Made by a program: the position numbers and the translations under genes. Of a stretch of DNA of 64,000 bases, positions 12,492 through 26,195 are shown piece after piece; the stretch's first letter is position 1; each line of letters opens with the position of its first letter. The notes beneath the pieces were generated by a model that saw only the letters and a list, made by a program, of their open reading frames with translations, was not told the origin of the DNA and made no database searches. This DNA is from Perkinsus chesapeaki ATCC PRA-425 (Eukaryota > Protista > Perkinsozoa): contig JAAPAO010000062.1 in NCBI GenBank assembly GCA_013115145.1, positions 1 to 64,000 on the forward strand, written 5' to 3'.

Positions 12492-12868
12492 TTGTTGCGT
12501 TCTAGTCGTCGGTGATGGGCTTATTCTCACACTTGGAATTAATTCAACTTGAATTAATAGGCGTCGCAACCCATCTGGCAGCCCGGCAATGGCCGGCCGG
12601 CCCAGTGAGGTACCCGGCTCTGCCCGGCGAAGTCGGGACGGCCCGCGAGAGTACCCGGCGCTGCCCGGGTGGTCTCTGGGGCCCCCTCTAGTCGACTGAG
12701 TTAGTACTGTACTGTTACTAACCATCCGTCAGCCTTACAGTATTACTGAGTAACTGTTACGCCAGTAAGCTACAGTAGTCTACGACTCGTAGACTACAAG
12801 CTGCCCGAGCAGGGCATTGTGAGACTCACACCGTTAGTCCCGCGCTTTGCGGCCTCGTAACGCAACAA
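12492..12868. other. 377-nt self-complementary element (candidate structured ncRNA or MITE-like element)
   Basis: 10-bp terminal inverted repeat TTGTTGCGTT/AACGCAACAA; nested pairings CGGTG/CACCG and CTCACA/TGTGAG; internal 10- and 11-bp perfect hairpins; GC-rich core. Confidence 0.4.
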
Positions 12869-13526
12869 TTATATACATTTAATAGCGCGTGTCATTCCTG
12901 CTATAATGTTCTCATCGTAGAAACTCTGCGGCAGGAACTATCTTGCCGAGAATTTTCGTAGGTTGCGGCCAGCCCATCGTGAGAGCGGGTATGTCGGGCA
13001 GCGGTCGAAGAAAACGACGCCATTAAACTTGAATTATTCAAGTTTAATGGATCAGATTTCATTATCTAATAGTAGAGTGAGGTACTCAAGTCGAATAATC
13101 TACATTACCTAATACTCTTTAGTTCAAGTAGTAGCAGTAGTTTAATTATCTAAATCTTCGTGAGACCATCCTGGGCTGTCCTTAAAGGGCGACGACCTTC
13201 GCATTTGTCAACTTTGTACCGTAACCATAATTTCCCTATTTTCCTGCCACTCTGCCTCAAATTGCTGTACCGGAGTAATCGCTGTGGGTTGTTGTCTTCT
13301 GTAGAGTGGTTGGCAAGTGTTGTACAATATGTCGATTGATTTATTGCTGGGGTGACAGAGAGTGATAAAAAATACTCTCAGAAGGGATGCATTTCATATC
13401 TTACTCTTCACCAGGAACAAACTCTTCAGAGTCTCTAGTAGCTCAGCTCGGGGTCGCCTCTTCAGCACGCGGGGAGTACGATTCCCCAATCTTGAGCGGT
13501 CCCCGGTTGTTAAAGGTGTTTTGTCA

Positions 13527-16500
13527 ATGTTACCAGTGGGCATTCACCTTACCCGACCATCTATAGAAAAGAGTATTATAGTGCCGCAGAGAAGGGCACT
13601 ATCAGCAGCAGCTACTGCCGCTGTCTCACTCGGAGAGGAACGGGTTATCAGATTGGGAGTAACTAAGCATTGGTGGAGAGACCCTAATAAACCTGTAAGA
13701 AATGCTAAACGGGTTGTATCGCGCGATGGGTAGCATGGCGAGGAATTGTCGGAAATGTGATTGTGTGCAGGTAATCGACGAACTTGAAGATGACACTAAG
13801 GCGAGGAATGTCGTTACTAAGCCATTGCATGCAGGGACGATGCTCTACGGAAAGAAGTGCACGCGATTGGATTACGAAGGCAATGGTGTTGTAAGTTGAT
13901 GAAGTTGTGGGAGGAGCGGTATGATTCTGCATCCTTTCCCAGGTGCCGGTGTACTCTAGAGTCTGCAAGCATCTTTACACACCAAAGCATCCTAGAGTGC
14001 TCCCTGGTGACACAGTGGACCTCAGTATCGAACGGAAAGTCGAATTCTGGGATCGGAAAACATCTCCTAGATACTCCCTCGCAGTGTACTCAGGAAAAAC
14101 CGCACAGCATAGATTTTCGTTATCTCAGTCAAACTGGTGTGAAACCCAGTGAGCTTCGAGTTGCCGAGGTTCCTTGTAAGCACTTTGCTGAGGGCTGCGG
14201 GGGCTGCAGGATCCTACCACTAAAATACGAAGAGCAGGTAAGCTGCCGAGCTTTCGGTCGGAAATGTTGGCTCTGATCAGGTTAAACGGAAGGTTCGCTT
14301 TCTGAGCCAGCTCTGTCCGACTCAACCTCTAGAATTCCATAAGTCAACCTCGGAGCTTGGATTCCGTAAGGCTAATGTTACTTCGTTATTTTTTGACGTT
14401 GTTTTATGTCGTCGCGCCTGTCGAATCTGGGTGTCTCCAATCTGGAGGAACGACTTCTTCTTCGGTGTGCACTGGAAGTTATATTGTCATCCACGCATTG
14501 ACGCTATAGCATAACGAATTACGTTATGACGCCGGAAGAATGTATGATATGTATTCCTAGAAATGCAATTAAACAGGTTGAAGCTGCAATGTTGCGTACG
14601 TATGAAACTATGTATAATCCATCTCGTGCTCTAAATCCCTGCTGTCCTCTTCGATACTGCTCAGAGAACGGCAGTAGGTAGTTAATTTATCTATCATCGT
14701 TTACTAGACTTATATAAGAGCCTATTGTAATTCTGCGTACATGTATGAGCGGCTGCAATTTGTCCGTGTCAGGTACACTAAGCGTGGATACCATATTTAA
14801 TGAGGCTAAAACAACTCCTGGTGCAGTTGCGCCGGAGGTCCAGGTAGGCTGCCAGATAGTGTTGCACAGTCGACTGAAATAGTCTCCAATAGAGCTCTCC
14901 TTATTAGTTTGGGTTGGCGAAGTTCGACACGGAGGAACACATGTCCATTGATGAATGTCCGTTACTGACACCTCTAGCTGCTAGAGTACGCCGAATAGCA
15001 ATGAGCAAGATTAGAGGTGCCCTACTAGACACCAAGGGCCCTCGACATCATAGACTCAGCGCCTTCAGCCCACGCAACGGACTAGGTAAGTTACAACTGT
15101 TGTGGTGCTACTATGTCGAGGGAGTCCTGCTTTTTGCAGGCTTGCTGCGGGCTCTTTGGGTTCGAGTAGATGATTCAGATAAACAAGCAATCGTTGGGTT
15201 AGAAGTGTCTCCGGGATACTCTAAACAGAGTAAGCAGTGATGTTTTGTATAACTGTAACATTAGTAATCTTGAACGCGAGAAGAGATAGATTACTAGTAC
15301 AGGCTGCCAGCATGTACTGTGCTACTGTCAATAACTAGGTGTGCTCAACGAACCCGAGACGTATACAGCGTACTGGAGATGTCCTCCTAGCATCTTTTAT
15401 TCGGGCGCCAGCTATTTCATTGAGTTAGTGTATGTAAGGAAATTATCCGGTTGTTGGTGGTATATTTTGTTAGTGGTAAGTCAAGATTTTTAGTTTACAT
15501 TATACAAAACATACGTATAGTTCATATTCAATCTTAGCAATAGCTTAAATGGATTACTATCTATCATATTATATAATTCTATATATTTTATCAGTACTTG
15601 GATATTATCATGGACTATGATGAATTATGTTGAATAGGTCTGAAGAGGCTGCGTCTACTTGCTGGTGAGATAATGAAGGAGTGTGGTGATGCGACAGTGG
15701 GTGTAGTTAAGATAGAACGCTATCAATATGATGGTAGATGTTCAGTGTTGGGAGAATGAAGTGAAGTTCATATTGCGCAGGTGTTGAAGAAGAGAACGAG
15801 GATCAGCAGCAGCAGCAGCAGCCGAGAATATATGAAGGTGATGTCTCCCTAGTTGGGGATGGCTCATTACCCATCCACATAGAAGGATTCGATCAGTAGG
15901 CTCGAGTTAATTCTAGATACTCCACCCGTCTCCTCAGTCCATACATGATCGAGGCCAGTGGCTACTACCCGAACCATAACGGTCTGAGCTCTGTATTGTT
16001 GAACACTGTTTTGAAGGAATGTGAAACAGATGATTTGATTGTGGATTTGTATGCCTCAAGAACTCATGGGCTCTACACAGGGTAGCTCGGATTGACCTCT
16101 GACGTATCTTTCATGGGTCGAGCTCAGGCTACTTGTTGCGATTGGTAACCCCAAAGTAAATTGCGTTTTGGATTCCACTGTGGAGGAAGGCAATCACACT
16201 ATTGTGTCGTCCATTGGTGAGGAAGACGCGCAATTTACTGAAGTTGCAGACCTCGTAACCGAGGACGGCATCAATGGATTGAGGATCGAAGATGAGATAC
16301 AGACACTTCTTTTAACACCCCCCGCAGGGGAAGGCATCTCTGAATTCGTACGGAATTGGATCGAGCAGGTTCAGCCGGAGCGACTTGTTTATCACAACAC
16401 TTCTTTTAGAAGCGCCACGGCTGACATTAGGGCGTTAACGCATAGCAGGGAAGATGGCCTGTCGTATAAAGTTGTGAAGTTGGTCGGTTTTGATACCACT

Positions 16501-16986
16501 CCTCATACAATGGAGTGCTCCCTGGTTGTGGTTTTACAAAGAGATTTTGATGCCGCGAAGGCCAGGGAATCTGAGGAGAAACGAAGACTGAGCAATGACA
16601 GCAGCCGAGATTATATGGGTATCGATGAGGCTAACGAAGATATCGATATTTGTAGTGATGACGAATTCGATGTCGACAAATTGGTGGCGCAGTACAGTGG
16701 GACAGGGGTATCTGGTAAGGATGGCATATACACGCATGAGGGAGAGGAAGAAGAAGAAAAAGTAGAGGAGTGGAAATTTCCGGAAAAGGATCAAGACGTT
16801 GCCCCACCGATTAAACGGGAGGAGCAGCGGCTCCCACCTGTAGAGGAGGGTGTGCCGAGGCCACGCGGGATTGACGAGGAGAGTGATGGAACTGTACAGA
16901 AGCGATGGAAACATGGTGAACAGAAAGAAAAAGAAGGCGACCCAAGTGTCCATAGGAGAAATAAAAATAAACGGTGGAGTCATTGA
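13527..16986 (+). CDS. RlmD/RumA-TrmA family RNA m5U methyltransferase-like protein, probably catalytically inactive, with a mitochondrial-type presequence
   Basis: TRAM-like LDYEGNGV...VLPGDTVDL; Fe-S motif CKHFAEGCGGC plus IDECPLL. Degenerate motifs: I IVDLYASR, IV LLTPPAGEG, VI RLVYHNTSF, VIII GFDTTPHTMECSLVVVLQR. N-terminus MLPVG...QRRALSAAA. Confidence 0.75.
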
Positions 16987-17639
16987 GCATGCAGTTTCTG
17001 ACTTTATACAGCAACTTGTTGCGTTCCGCCATCATGAACAGCAAAAGTGTAACGCATATCCAGTATCTGCAAGTATGGCAGTTCCTTCATCCTGGAGTGG
17101 GGGTCAAAAGCGAGTTGCTTTAGATAAGCAGCCTATTCATAAGCAGGTGAGAAACTGATGCAGTCCGTATGTTATAAAAATTAGTCTACGGGTCCCCTTG
17201 CGTCCTCGTATTGAGGACATTATCATGCATGCTGCGATTCGTTGAAGAGTTCGGAAGTTCTTTTCTGAGCGATGAGGAGTGCTGGTTCAACCAGCTTGGT
17301 TGAATTGTAATGGATTTAAGGGTTTAAAATCCTTACTAATTTTTTTCTGAGACAAGATTCCCGAAGTTCCAGTGGAACATTAGGCAAAACAGGTCTTGTT
17401 GACAAAGCAGTGCCGGAATGTTCCTACAGGCACTTAGTGCCTACGGCGCTAATGTGATCATATACTAGCAGGTATTCTTGATATATACTATATAGTGCTG
17501 CTTGCGCTGTACCGACATCACAGCACAGAATGCTTATCATAAGAATCCTATGATAAGCAGCTTACATCATACACAGTGTATGATAAACTCGTGGGATGCA
17601 TCGTTGTAACACAAAGATACAAGGGTTGTATCTATCACT

Positions 17640-18737
17640 ATGCATGTGAGCGGTTGATAGTCAACTTATTCAAGAAGAACCGTATCACTGGAGTCCGCGA
17701 GATCTTCATATTAGACATGTATACCCGCTTGTGCACGGCTTTCATAGAGGCAATGTCCAGCAGATTATGCGAGGCATCTGCAACTGAGATACTCACAAAA
17801 GGCAGGTGAAAAGTATCCTGCAATGTCACAAGATGAACGCCGTGCGGTATTTCGAGCCACGGCTATTAGCGAATAATAGGTCGCTGACAGGAAATCGCTG
17901 TAGCAATGACTATCTGTGAACACTAGTGACTGCACAACCTGGTGCCAACAATTCATGATGCCAGTATTACTGCCGCTACTATGAACCATTGTACTGTGCA
18001 AAATTGTGCGGAGTCTCTGTGCAAGAATCTTATGTAGGCATGCTGGCCACACTGTGTGGTCCTAAAGATCTGAAGGAGGACGTGAAGCCGCAGCGAGGCT
18101 GATGTCTCGCGTATTTCGACACAGATGCTCGATTTGCGAGAATTAATTCCATCTTTGAACAATTGTATTCTCAACAAATGCATTTTGTTTTGTTACCTCG
18201 TCGATTCGTATAGGGCCGCCCGGGCAGTCTCAGAAAGGCTTCGCCTGTCCAGACTCTGAATCAGAGTCTCTAAAATATACAGATTAAACATTTTATGGCA
18301 CTTACTTGCAAACACGTGTGCGTTACATGTCTGCGCTCCTCTCTCAGGTAGTCTTCTGTGAAGACTCTTCTTCATAAGCCCCCGCCAATAACTCACTGGT
18401 CGCATAAGGCCGTTTCATGCATACAGCTGGTGCAAGACTGAGACTGTTAGTGATCAACTCGCGTTGAGTTATCCGTTTGCAAGATCTCCCTCAGCATTCC
18501 TTGTAACCTTCTTAATGGCTGGTCTTGATGGCCCAGGCATTGATGTTACCACTGGACTTGCCGAAACTGATGAGTTGGTCGTAAAGGACGACGACCGTAG
18601 GTTACCCAGCACGTCTTCTGCATAACTGTCGACTCCTTAGTCGCTGCCAATCCAGGAGCATTGTGGGCGGAACTGTCAAGCTTCGAGCGACAAATGGCCC
18701 GCACACGAAAGGATATCCTTGTAAGCCGTGACCACAT
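17640..18737 (-). CDS. Hypothetical multi-exon protein, possibly mitochondrial
   Basis: Series of same-strand open segments joined by GT-AG junctions, with an Arg/Ser-rich N-terminus MWSRLTRISFRVRAICRSK. No family recognised. Confidence 0.3.
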
Positions 18738-18813
18738 CGCTTTTATCTTATAATGGGATTTACTATTCCACTATTCATTTACTATTTAACGTCATGTATG
18801 TATTACCCTTCAG

Positions 18814-19675
18814 AACAGTACCACTTCTGTAACTTCTACCGATCTTCGAGAGTGCATCCATAATGCGCGTGCAGACTGGCCGGCAGCAATGGAGCCTTTC
18901 AAAGACGTGAACGAGTGAGCCTTGTTCTACACTGTGTTCCCAACAAGTCTGTGGTGTCAGCGCCCTCGAGCGGCTCCTACCCTACCACGCATGCTACGAG
19001 CAAGACAGTGCCGAGGATTCAACGGCGCAGCTTGATAAAGTTTGTTCCTTCAATCATAATGTATGGTCAAGCTCCCGTTCAACAGGTTCTTGCAACAGTC
19101 GAGTCTCGCGTATCAGGAGTTCGTAATGAAACTAAATTGTGTAGAGAAGCAACTGCGCGAGATACTCCAAAGCGGAAGTTCAATGTCGTGAAGTACTTAA
19201 AATGGCGGAGTAAATCTCGATATTACTACCTTCAGGTCCATTGAGTTTGAAGAACTAAGTCACAAGAGTGGCCGTCTCAGACAGGAAAGTAAGACAGTAG
19301 CTAAGCATTGTCTTTACGTATCGCTAGCTCTTCGCATGGTCACAGTTCGTGTAGTTTACATAATGTTACCTACACGAACTGTGGAATGTAACTTGCATTC
19401 CTGTTCCATTCAGTTGATCGCATCGAGAGGGATATTCAACTACAACGAGCAGCAGCCAAGCTCCAAGCCGCGAAGGCTGAAGAAGCAGCTCAGGCGGCTG
19501 AGGCGGCGACTACGAATGAAGAGAAAGTGAAGACAGAAGAAAACCAGGGTAAGTAGAGTGGACGACGAAGTGACCACGTTCTGTTCCACGCGCTCTTCAT
19601 TTTGTGGAAGTGCTGCTGTATATTACTACGGAAGGTACCGAGAGTTCACCGAGCAAAATACGTCTCTTCAGCTGA
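18814..19675 (+). CDS. Small protein with a GLTSCR1/BICRA C-terminal-like motif
   Basis: Spliced ...DWPAAMEPFKD / ...SALERLLPYHACYE resembles the GLTSCR1 domain PFxxxxxAxxRLLPYH. It is followed by an Ala/Glu-rich coiled exon and the last exon GTESSPSKIRLFS*. Start uncertain. Confidence 0.45.
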
Positions 19676-19871
19676 CCACAACGGTTCGGTTGCGTTTTAT
19701 ATCGTAAATGTAATCCTGGGTTGAATAGTGCTGAAATCATTACTAGACCAAGACAAGAGTATCAAGACGAACCCGCAACGAAGACAGATTCGTTGTGTTA
19801 TTGTCGTTCCACCTACCACACTTCCCTCAACTCTCACCCCAATAAGGCGTCTCCGTGCTATTAATGTATGT

Positions 19872-20072
19872 CGACTGTACTCGAACAGGATCACTTATGT
19901 AGTGATTTCCTTTCGTTCACAAGAGTACTCTTGACAAAACCCTAAACCGTGATGAGGAGTTGTATACCTTTCCACCCTAATGGAGGTTTAGTCAATACAA
20001 TAATGTATTCGACTTCGATGATCCATTTACTCTTTTAAGAGTTATTGGGTGTGGGTATTGCTGAGCGGTTTA
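19872..20072 (+). ncRNA. U3: U3 snoRNA, copy 2
   Basis: Same boxes as copy 1, with a perfect TAAACCG/CGGTTTA terminal stem around C' and D. Confidence 0.87.
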
Positions 20073-20703
20073 ATTGTCAAACATGTTCTTCCGTCTGTGA
20101 ATTGATGTATTATTTTCAACAGCTATGGTGACTTCGCCTTAAATCTACGCTCCGACAACAATCCTACAACAATCATCTCGCCATTACAAATCCAAATGCA
20201 CATTCTAGCTTGCACAGCATTGTGTGGCAACACAAATATAACTTACACCGGCTCGAACTGTACCTCCAAGCACTTTGCGCTCTCCAATACAGTTGAGCTG
20301 TATTGCTATCACGTAACTCTATTGTATCTTACGCAACAGTCACCTGGGTCGTTCGTTATCATGCTTTACTAGGCTAATCCTGCGTCGTTCTGCACAGCAG
20401 TGATCCGTACCAACTTGGTACTACCAAGGTCCTGATGGTCCATGAAGGAAGGTTTGCTCTTACAGTCTGAGCTGTTTCACACCCTTTCCCGTTTGGATTA
20501 ACGTGAGATCTCACTGGGTACCTCCTTCAAGCATAACGGTAGACGTAGTGTTGTCTTGCTTCTGGACAGCAGCGCCGATCAAAAGCCACCGTTGAGTTAT
20601 GTCCGATATCACACTAGACACAAAACACACGAAATAAGAAAATACAAAACGCCGATAGCAACAAATCATGAAATAACGAATCGGCCACAATCGCAAACAT
20701 CAC

Positions 20704-22186
<1,483 letters not shown>

Positions 22187-22304
22187 TTAACCTCAAAAGT
22201 ATCTTCTAATAATGGGTTAAGAAATATCCAATGGTCTAACAGCTCACGCTTGTTAGTGTTATAGAGGACCATAACCACATCAACCTCCTCGCAACGACCA
22301 AGCC

Positions 22305-22833
22305 CTAGTTGATGTACCTACGAAGGAAGGGTGCTTCAAAACAGCAGCAGCAGACTGGAGTAGTGCGACGACACTTACTTCTTTCCAACACCGTACTTGG
22401 TTGGACCGTAGAGTCTATCAGCCTCAGCTAGCTGCTTCCTCTGGGATTCCCATAATGGACGAATTTGCTTAATAAAACCTTAATAGTGCGGAAAGATACG
22501 CGGCGGTACTTACCCAAGCTCCGAAGAAGACCCAGACAAAGAAGTTGAAGGCGCAGAACATAGAGAAGCCGAACCAGGGGTTACGGTTCTGAGAACAATG
22601 AATCATAGGTTGACCATGCAAGATACGCAACAGGTCGATCCGGGTTACATCTGTACTACCTGTGTGAAGAAATCTATGATCGGTTGTGGTTTAGGCATGT
22701 CACCATAATCACCAGAAGTGAGCTCTGGATTGAGGCCTCTCTCAAAGCGTGGAGTGAACTTCCAACGGCGAGTGACCATAGAGGCCATCATGGGCCTCCT
22801 TGAGCAGGTAACAGCAGCCGCACGGGAGAGCAT
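22305..22833 (-). CDS. Small single-pass mitochondrial membrane protein (~116 aa, 4 exons)
   Basis: Presequence MLSRAAAVTCSRR; hydrophobic segment WFGFSMFCAFNFFVWVFFGAW; in-frame splices to ...GVGKKYIN*. Confidence 0.65.
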
Positions 22834-22943
22834 ATTACGATGATCGACGCTTCTACACTGATGAAGGTAGAGCGTACATCTTGCTATCTTAATAAATCTT
22901 GCATTTACTCAACGTTACATCCCACAGCGCGATTTGACAGCTC

Positions 22944-23677
22944 ATGGGGAACTGCTCTTCTCCTTTATCCTCCTCCTCTGATTTGCCTCCACGCCATTCG
23001 GGTGGCTGTTCACCCTTCGAAGCTGCTCTTCGTGAGCTCGCCAATCAATCGAAGGTGTTCTCGAGCGTCGCTATCTACGGTAGAGGAGACATAACTCTTG
23101 ATTTTGCATCTCACAGTAACACTGCGCTGATACTTCCTTCGCGATTAATGTTGAAACAGGCACCTGCAGGGATATACCGTCTCGAGTAGAGGGAGTTCCC
23201 GATGCTGGTGTGCTACTCTCGTTGATTACTCTCTACCAATTGCTCTCAAGGTATAATATTCAAATCTGCAAACCTGAACTATTTGCTTGAAATGACCAGT
23301 GAAGCTGGCCTGGTGTACGAGAAGGCCGCCGCCTACCGGTATCGAAGGGATCTTCACCGGTTTGAAAGCCACCACTCAGATTCGCCGTCCCGCGCTTTAG
23401 AGTGATCGCTACCTTGAAAGGGCACATCGAGCCGAGCCTTGTCTTGGAGTACCTGGCGAACGATCTCAAGATGAAAGTGTTCACTGATGCTGGAAGCATG
23501 CGGTACCCATTGGGCGGAGAGGATCGTTCGAAGTTACACAGGTATCGAGACTTCGCACTTTTGCTATTCGACCACGTCCGTTTGAACTCCGATCCCAACT
23601 CAACACGATTGGTGATGCATGCCAACGAAAGGAAGGCTTCTACTGAGCTGCCGAAAGTGCCTTCTCGTCGATCATAG
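22944..23677 (+). CDS. Hypothetical protein (fragmentary exons)
   Basis: Same-strand open segments 22944-23189 and 23402-23677; no recognisable family. Confidence 0.25.
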
Positions 23678-23749
23678 AGCTCTCAGAGTTGCGTTAAGTC
23701 GTCATCCCCGGAGTGCTACGTTACTGGTCCAGTGATGATTGGTTAGTTA

Positions 23750-25794
23750 ATGCGTTGTTTCCTTCTCTTATTGCTTGTCCAATTATTGGTAGCTTACGGG
23801 AACCCCAAATGGGGTTTGCTCACCGATCGGCGGATGGCTGACGAGGATAAAGTCTATACTGCAGAGCTCTACGGTGGGTTAGAGGAAGGTGGCTCATGGT
23901 AGTGATGGGAGAGGCTTTGCTGCATTCTATCTACTCTGGAAGGTATGTCGATTTACTTGTCGGGGCTCCTCCTCAACGAATCAGTGCCATTGTTGACACA
24001 GCCAGCGGTATCACAGGAGCTGCCTGTTATCATTGTACTAACTGTGGTAGACATATTGACCCACCATTTAGAGCAGAAAACTCCACCACCCTCGAGTGGG
24101 TAAGACTTTTTAATGAGAGAATTTCTTAGGCCGGTTGCTGCTATCAGATGACCTGTAATGATTGCCTACCACCGGCCCATTGTAGCGGCAGTCAAACGGG
24201 CTCGAGCAGCGAAGAACACAGTATTTGCGTATATAATCAGAACTATCTCGAAGGCTCAGCCGTCTATGGCAAGTACGCAGGTGGGCTCGACCTGAGGGAA
24301 TTCGTTCAACTCAGGATGTTCCGAGATGTCTGTCACCTCGGGGACACACTCGAGGATTCCTTTGCATGTCGGATTGGCTGCCACGACTCGGAGACAAACC
24401 TCTTCCAGACGCAAAAACCGAATGCCATTCTTGGTTTGTCACCCCAAGCGGGCGGGTTCTTGGATGATGCGTTCGATACGACGGCAGCGCGCACATTAGG
24501 CTTGTGCTTGTCTGGTCGAGGCGGTGGTCGAATCGACATAGGAGGCGAAGTTAACGGTAAGAAGCATGCGTTTATCCAGACGGTGCTCATCGGAAACCGC
24601 TGGTGGTATAGAGTTTTGGGAGTCTCATTCTAGATGTAAAATGCCAAATACATCCTCTCTGAGAAGCTTTAAATATCTCTCGATGACCTCTGGCAAGAAA
24701 AGGGGAACGTGGATCACCAAGGATCATGTAGAAATATTTGCCATACTTCCCCGGCCGAGGCCTAACGTTTCTCTTGTGGCTTGCTATAATAGATAAACTG
24801 TAGTGATGAGACAATCCAATTTGGAATTTTGTAAAATTTAGTGGAAACTTTTTGGCTTCTCAGCTCTGATCTTAATGGGCTGAATGGCGTGTAACTAGCT
24901 GTCTTTGAAAGAAAAATATGACTAGCGTTGGGCGGCGGTTGGGTTATATTGAATATAGATTCAGGTGATGGGTCCTCCAGTCTGACCTGGCTGCCGGTGA
25001 GCCTCACTAACAACCAATATAGAATTTCTCCATCTCAAGTGACTTTAGATTTCGGAGGCGATACCAAGGAAGTGCTGGTCTCAAGCTCTCCGGGGGATGC
25101 GGTCATTGATAGCTCCTCTACATACACATATTTCCCGGATGACATCTTTCGCAGCCTCACGAAAACTCTCAGTACAATGTGCGCGAACAACCGATGCCAC
25201 GCCGAGTCTGTGGGTGATGGGTGCTGGAGAGCGAAGTCCATAAGGGGTGGTATGGCACTACCCGATATTGTTCTGCAATTCGAAGACAAAGTTGTACGGT
25301 GGCCCGCTGTAGATGGTTATTTGATGAAGCAGAAAAGTGGCGGTCTCAACTATCACTGCTATGCGTTCCTTAAGGGAGAGAAAGGCTCGGAGATAGTTCT
25401 GGGGGGATCATTCCTGCGCGACCGAGAAGTGTTTCTCGATATAAACCAGAAACAATTGGGCCTGGGGCGGTCGGATAAGAGCACTTGCCCCTCTTATACT
25501 TCTCGACCGTCTCTGCCCCCTTATCAGTTGGTGATGGGGTGGGATTATCAGAATGACGTTGAGCATTGGTCATGGTATGGTATTGGATTTACGATCTTCC
25601 TGGCGTCTTTATCAGTCGGTGTTATATACATCGTATTTAAGACTATCTATCGTACAATGCATCCGATGCCAAAGGGCTGGCAGGAGGTTGACGAGCTGAC
25701 GGCATCCTCGTTGGCGAGTGACAGCGATGGAGTAACTACGGACGGCGAAAGGTCTCCGTCATCTTCGGATTCTTCGTTAGTTGCTGCTGAATGA
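23750..25794 (+). CDS. Plasmepsin V/ASP5-like aspartyl protease with signal peptide and C-terminal TM helix
   Basis: Signal MRCFLLLLLVQLLVAYG; GAPPQRISAIVDTAS; CYHCTNCGRHIDPPF; QNYLEGSAVYG; GCHDSETNLFQTQKPNAILGLS; AVIDSSSTYTYFP; IVLGGSFLR; TM WYGIGFTIFLASLSVGVIYIVF. Confidence 0.85.
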
Positions 25795-25994
25795 TTTAGA
25801 ATATCCTTCACACTTTTGTAAAGCTTTCCGCCACATTATACTGTTTTAGCACTAAGATGCTGCTACTTTGTGGTCTCACTGAGGTAATGCGTAGTTGAGT
25901 TAGTAAAGAAACCAAATATTTAAAGCAAATTCACCATAACTGTTGAAGATAATACATGACATCAATTCACAGACGGAAGAACGTGGTTGACAAT

Positions 25995-26195
25995 TAAAAC
26001 GCTCAGCAATACCCACACCCAATAACTCTTAAAAGAGTAAATGGATCATCGAAGTCGAATACGTTATTGTATTGACTAAACCTCCATTAGGGTGGAAAGG
26101 TATACAACTCCTCATCACGGTTTAGGGTTTTGTCAAGAGTACTCTTGTGAACGAAAGCAAATCACTACATAAGTGATCCTGTTCGAGTACAGTCG
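25995..26195 (-). ncRNA. U3: U3 snoRNA, copy 3
   Basis: Reverse-complement near-identical copy, sharing about 60 nt upstream and 70 nt downstream flank with copy 2. Confidence 0.83.

Noticed and set aside
17531-17559. 11-bp hairpin TGCTTATCATA-7-TATGATAAGCA between convergent genes
   Set aside because: Short and AT-rich; bacterial-type terminators are not expected here, so it is plausibly chance.
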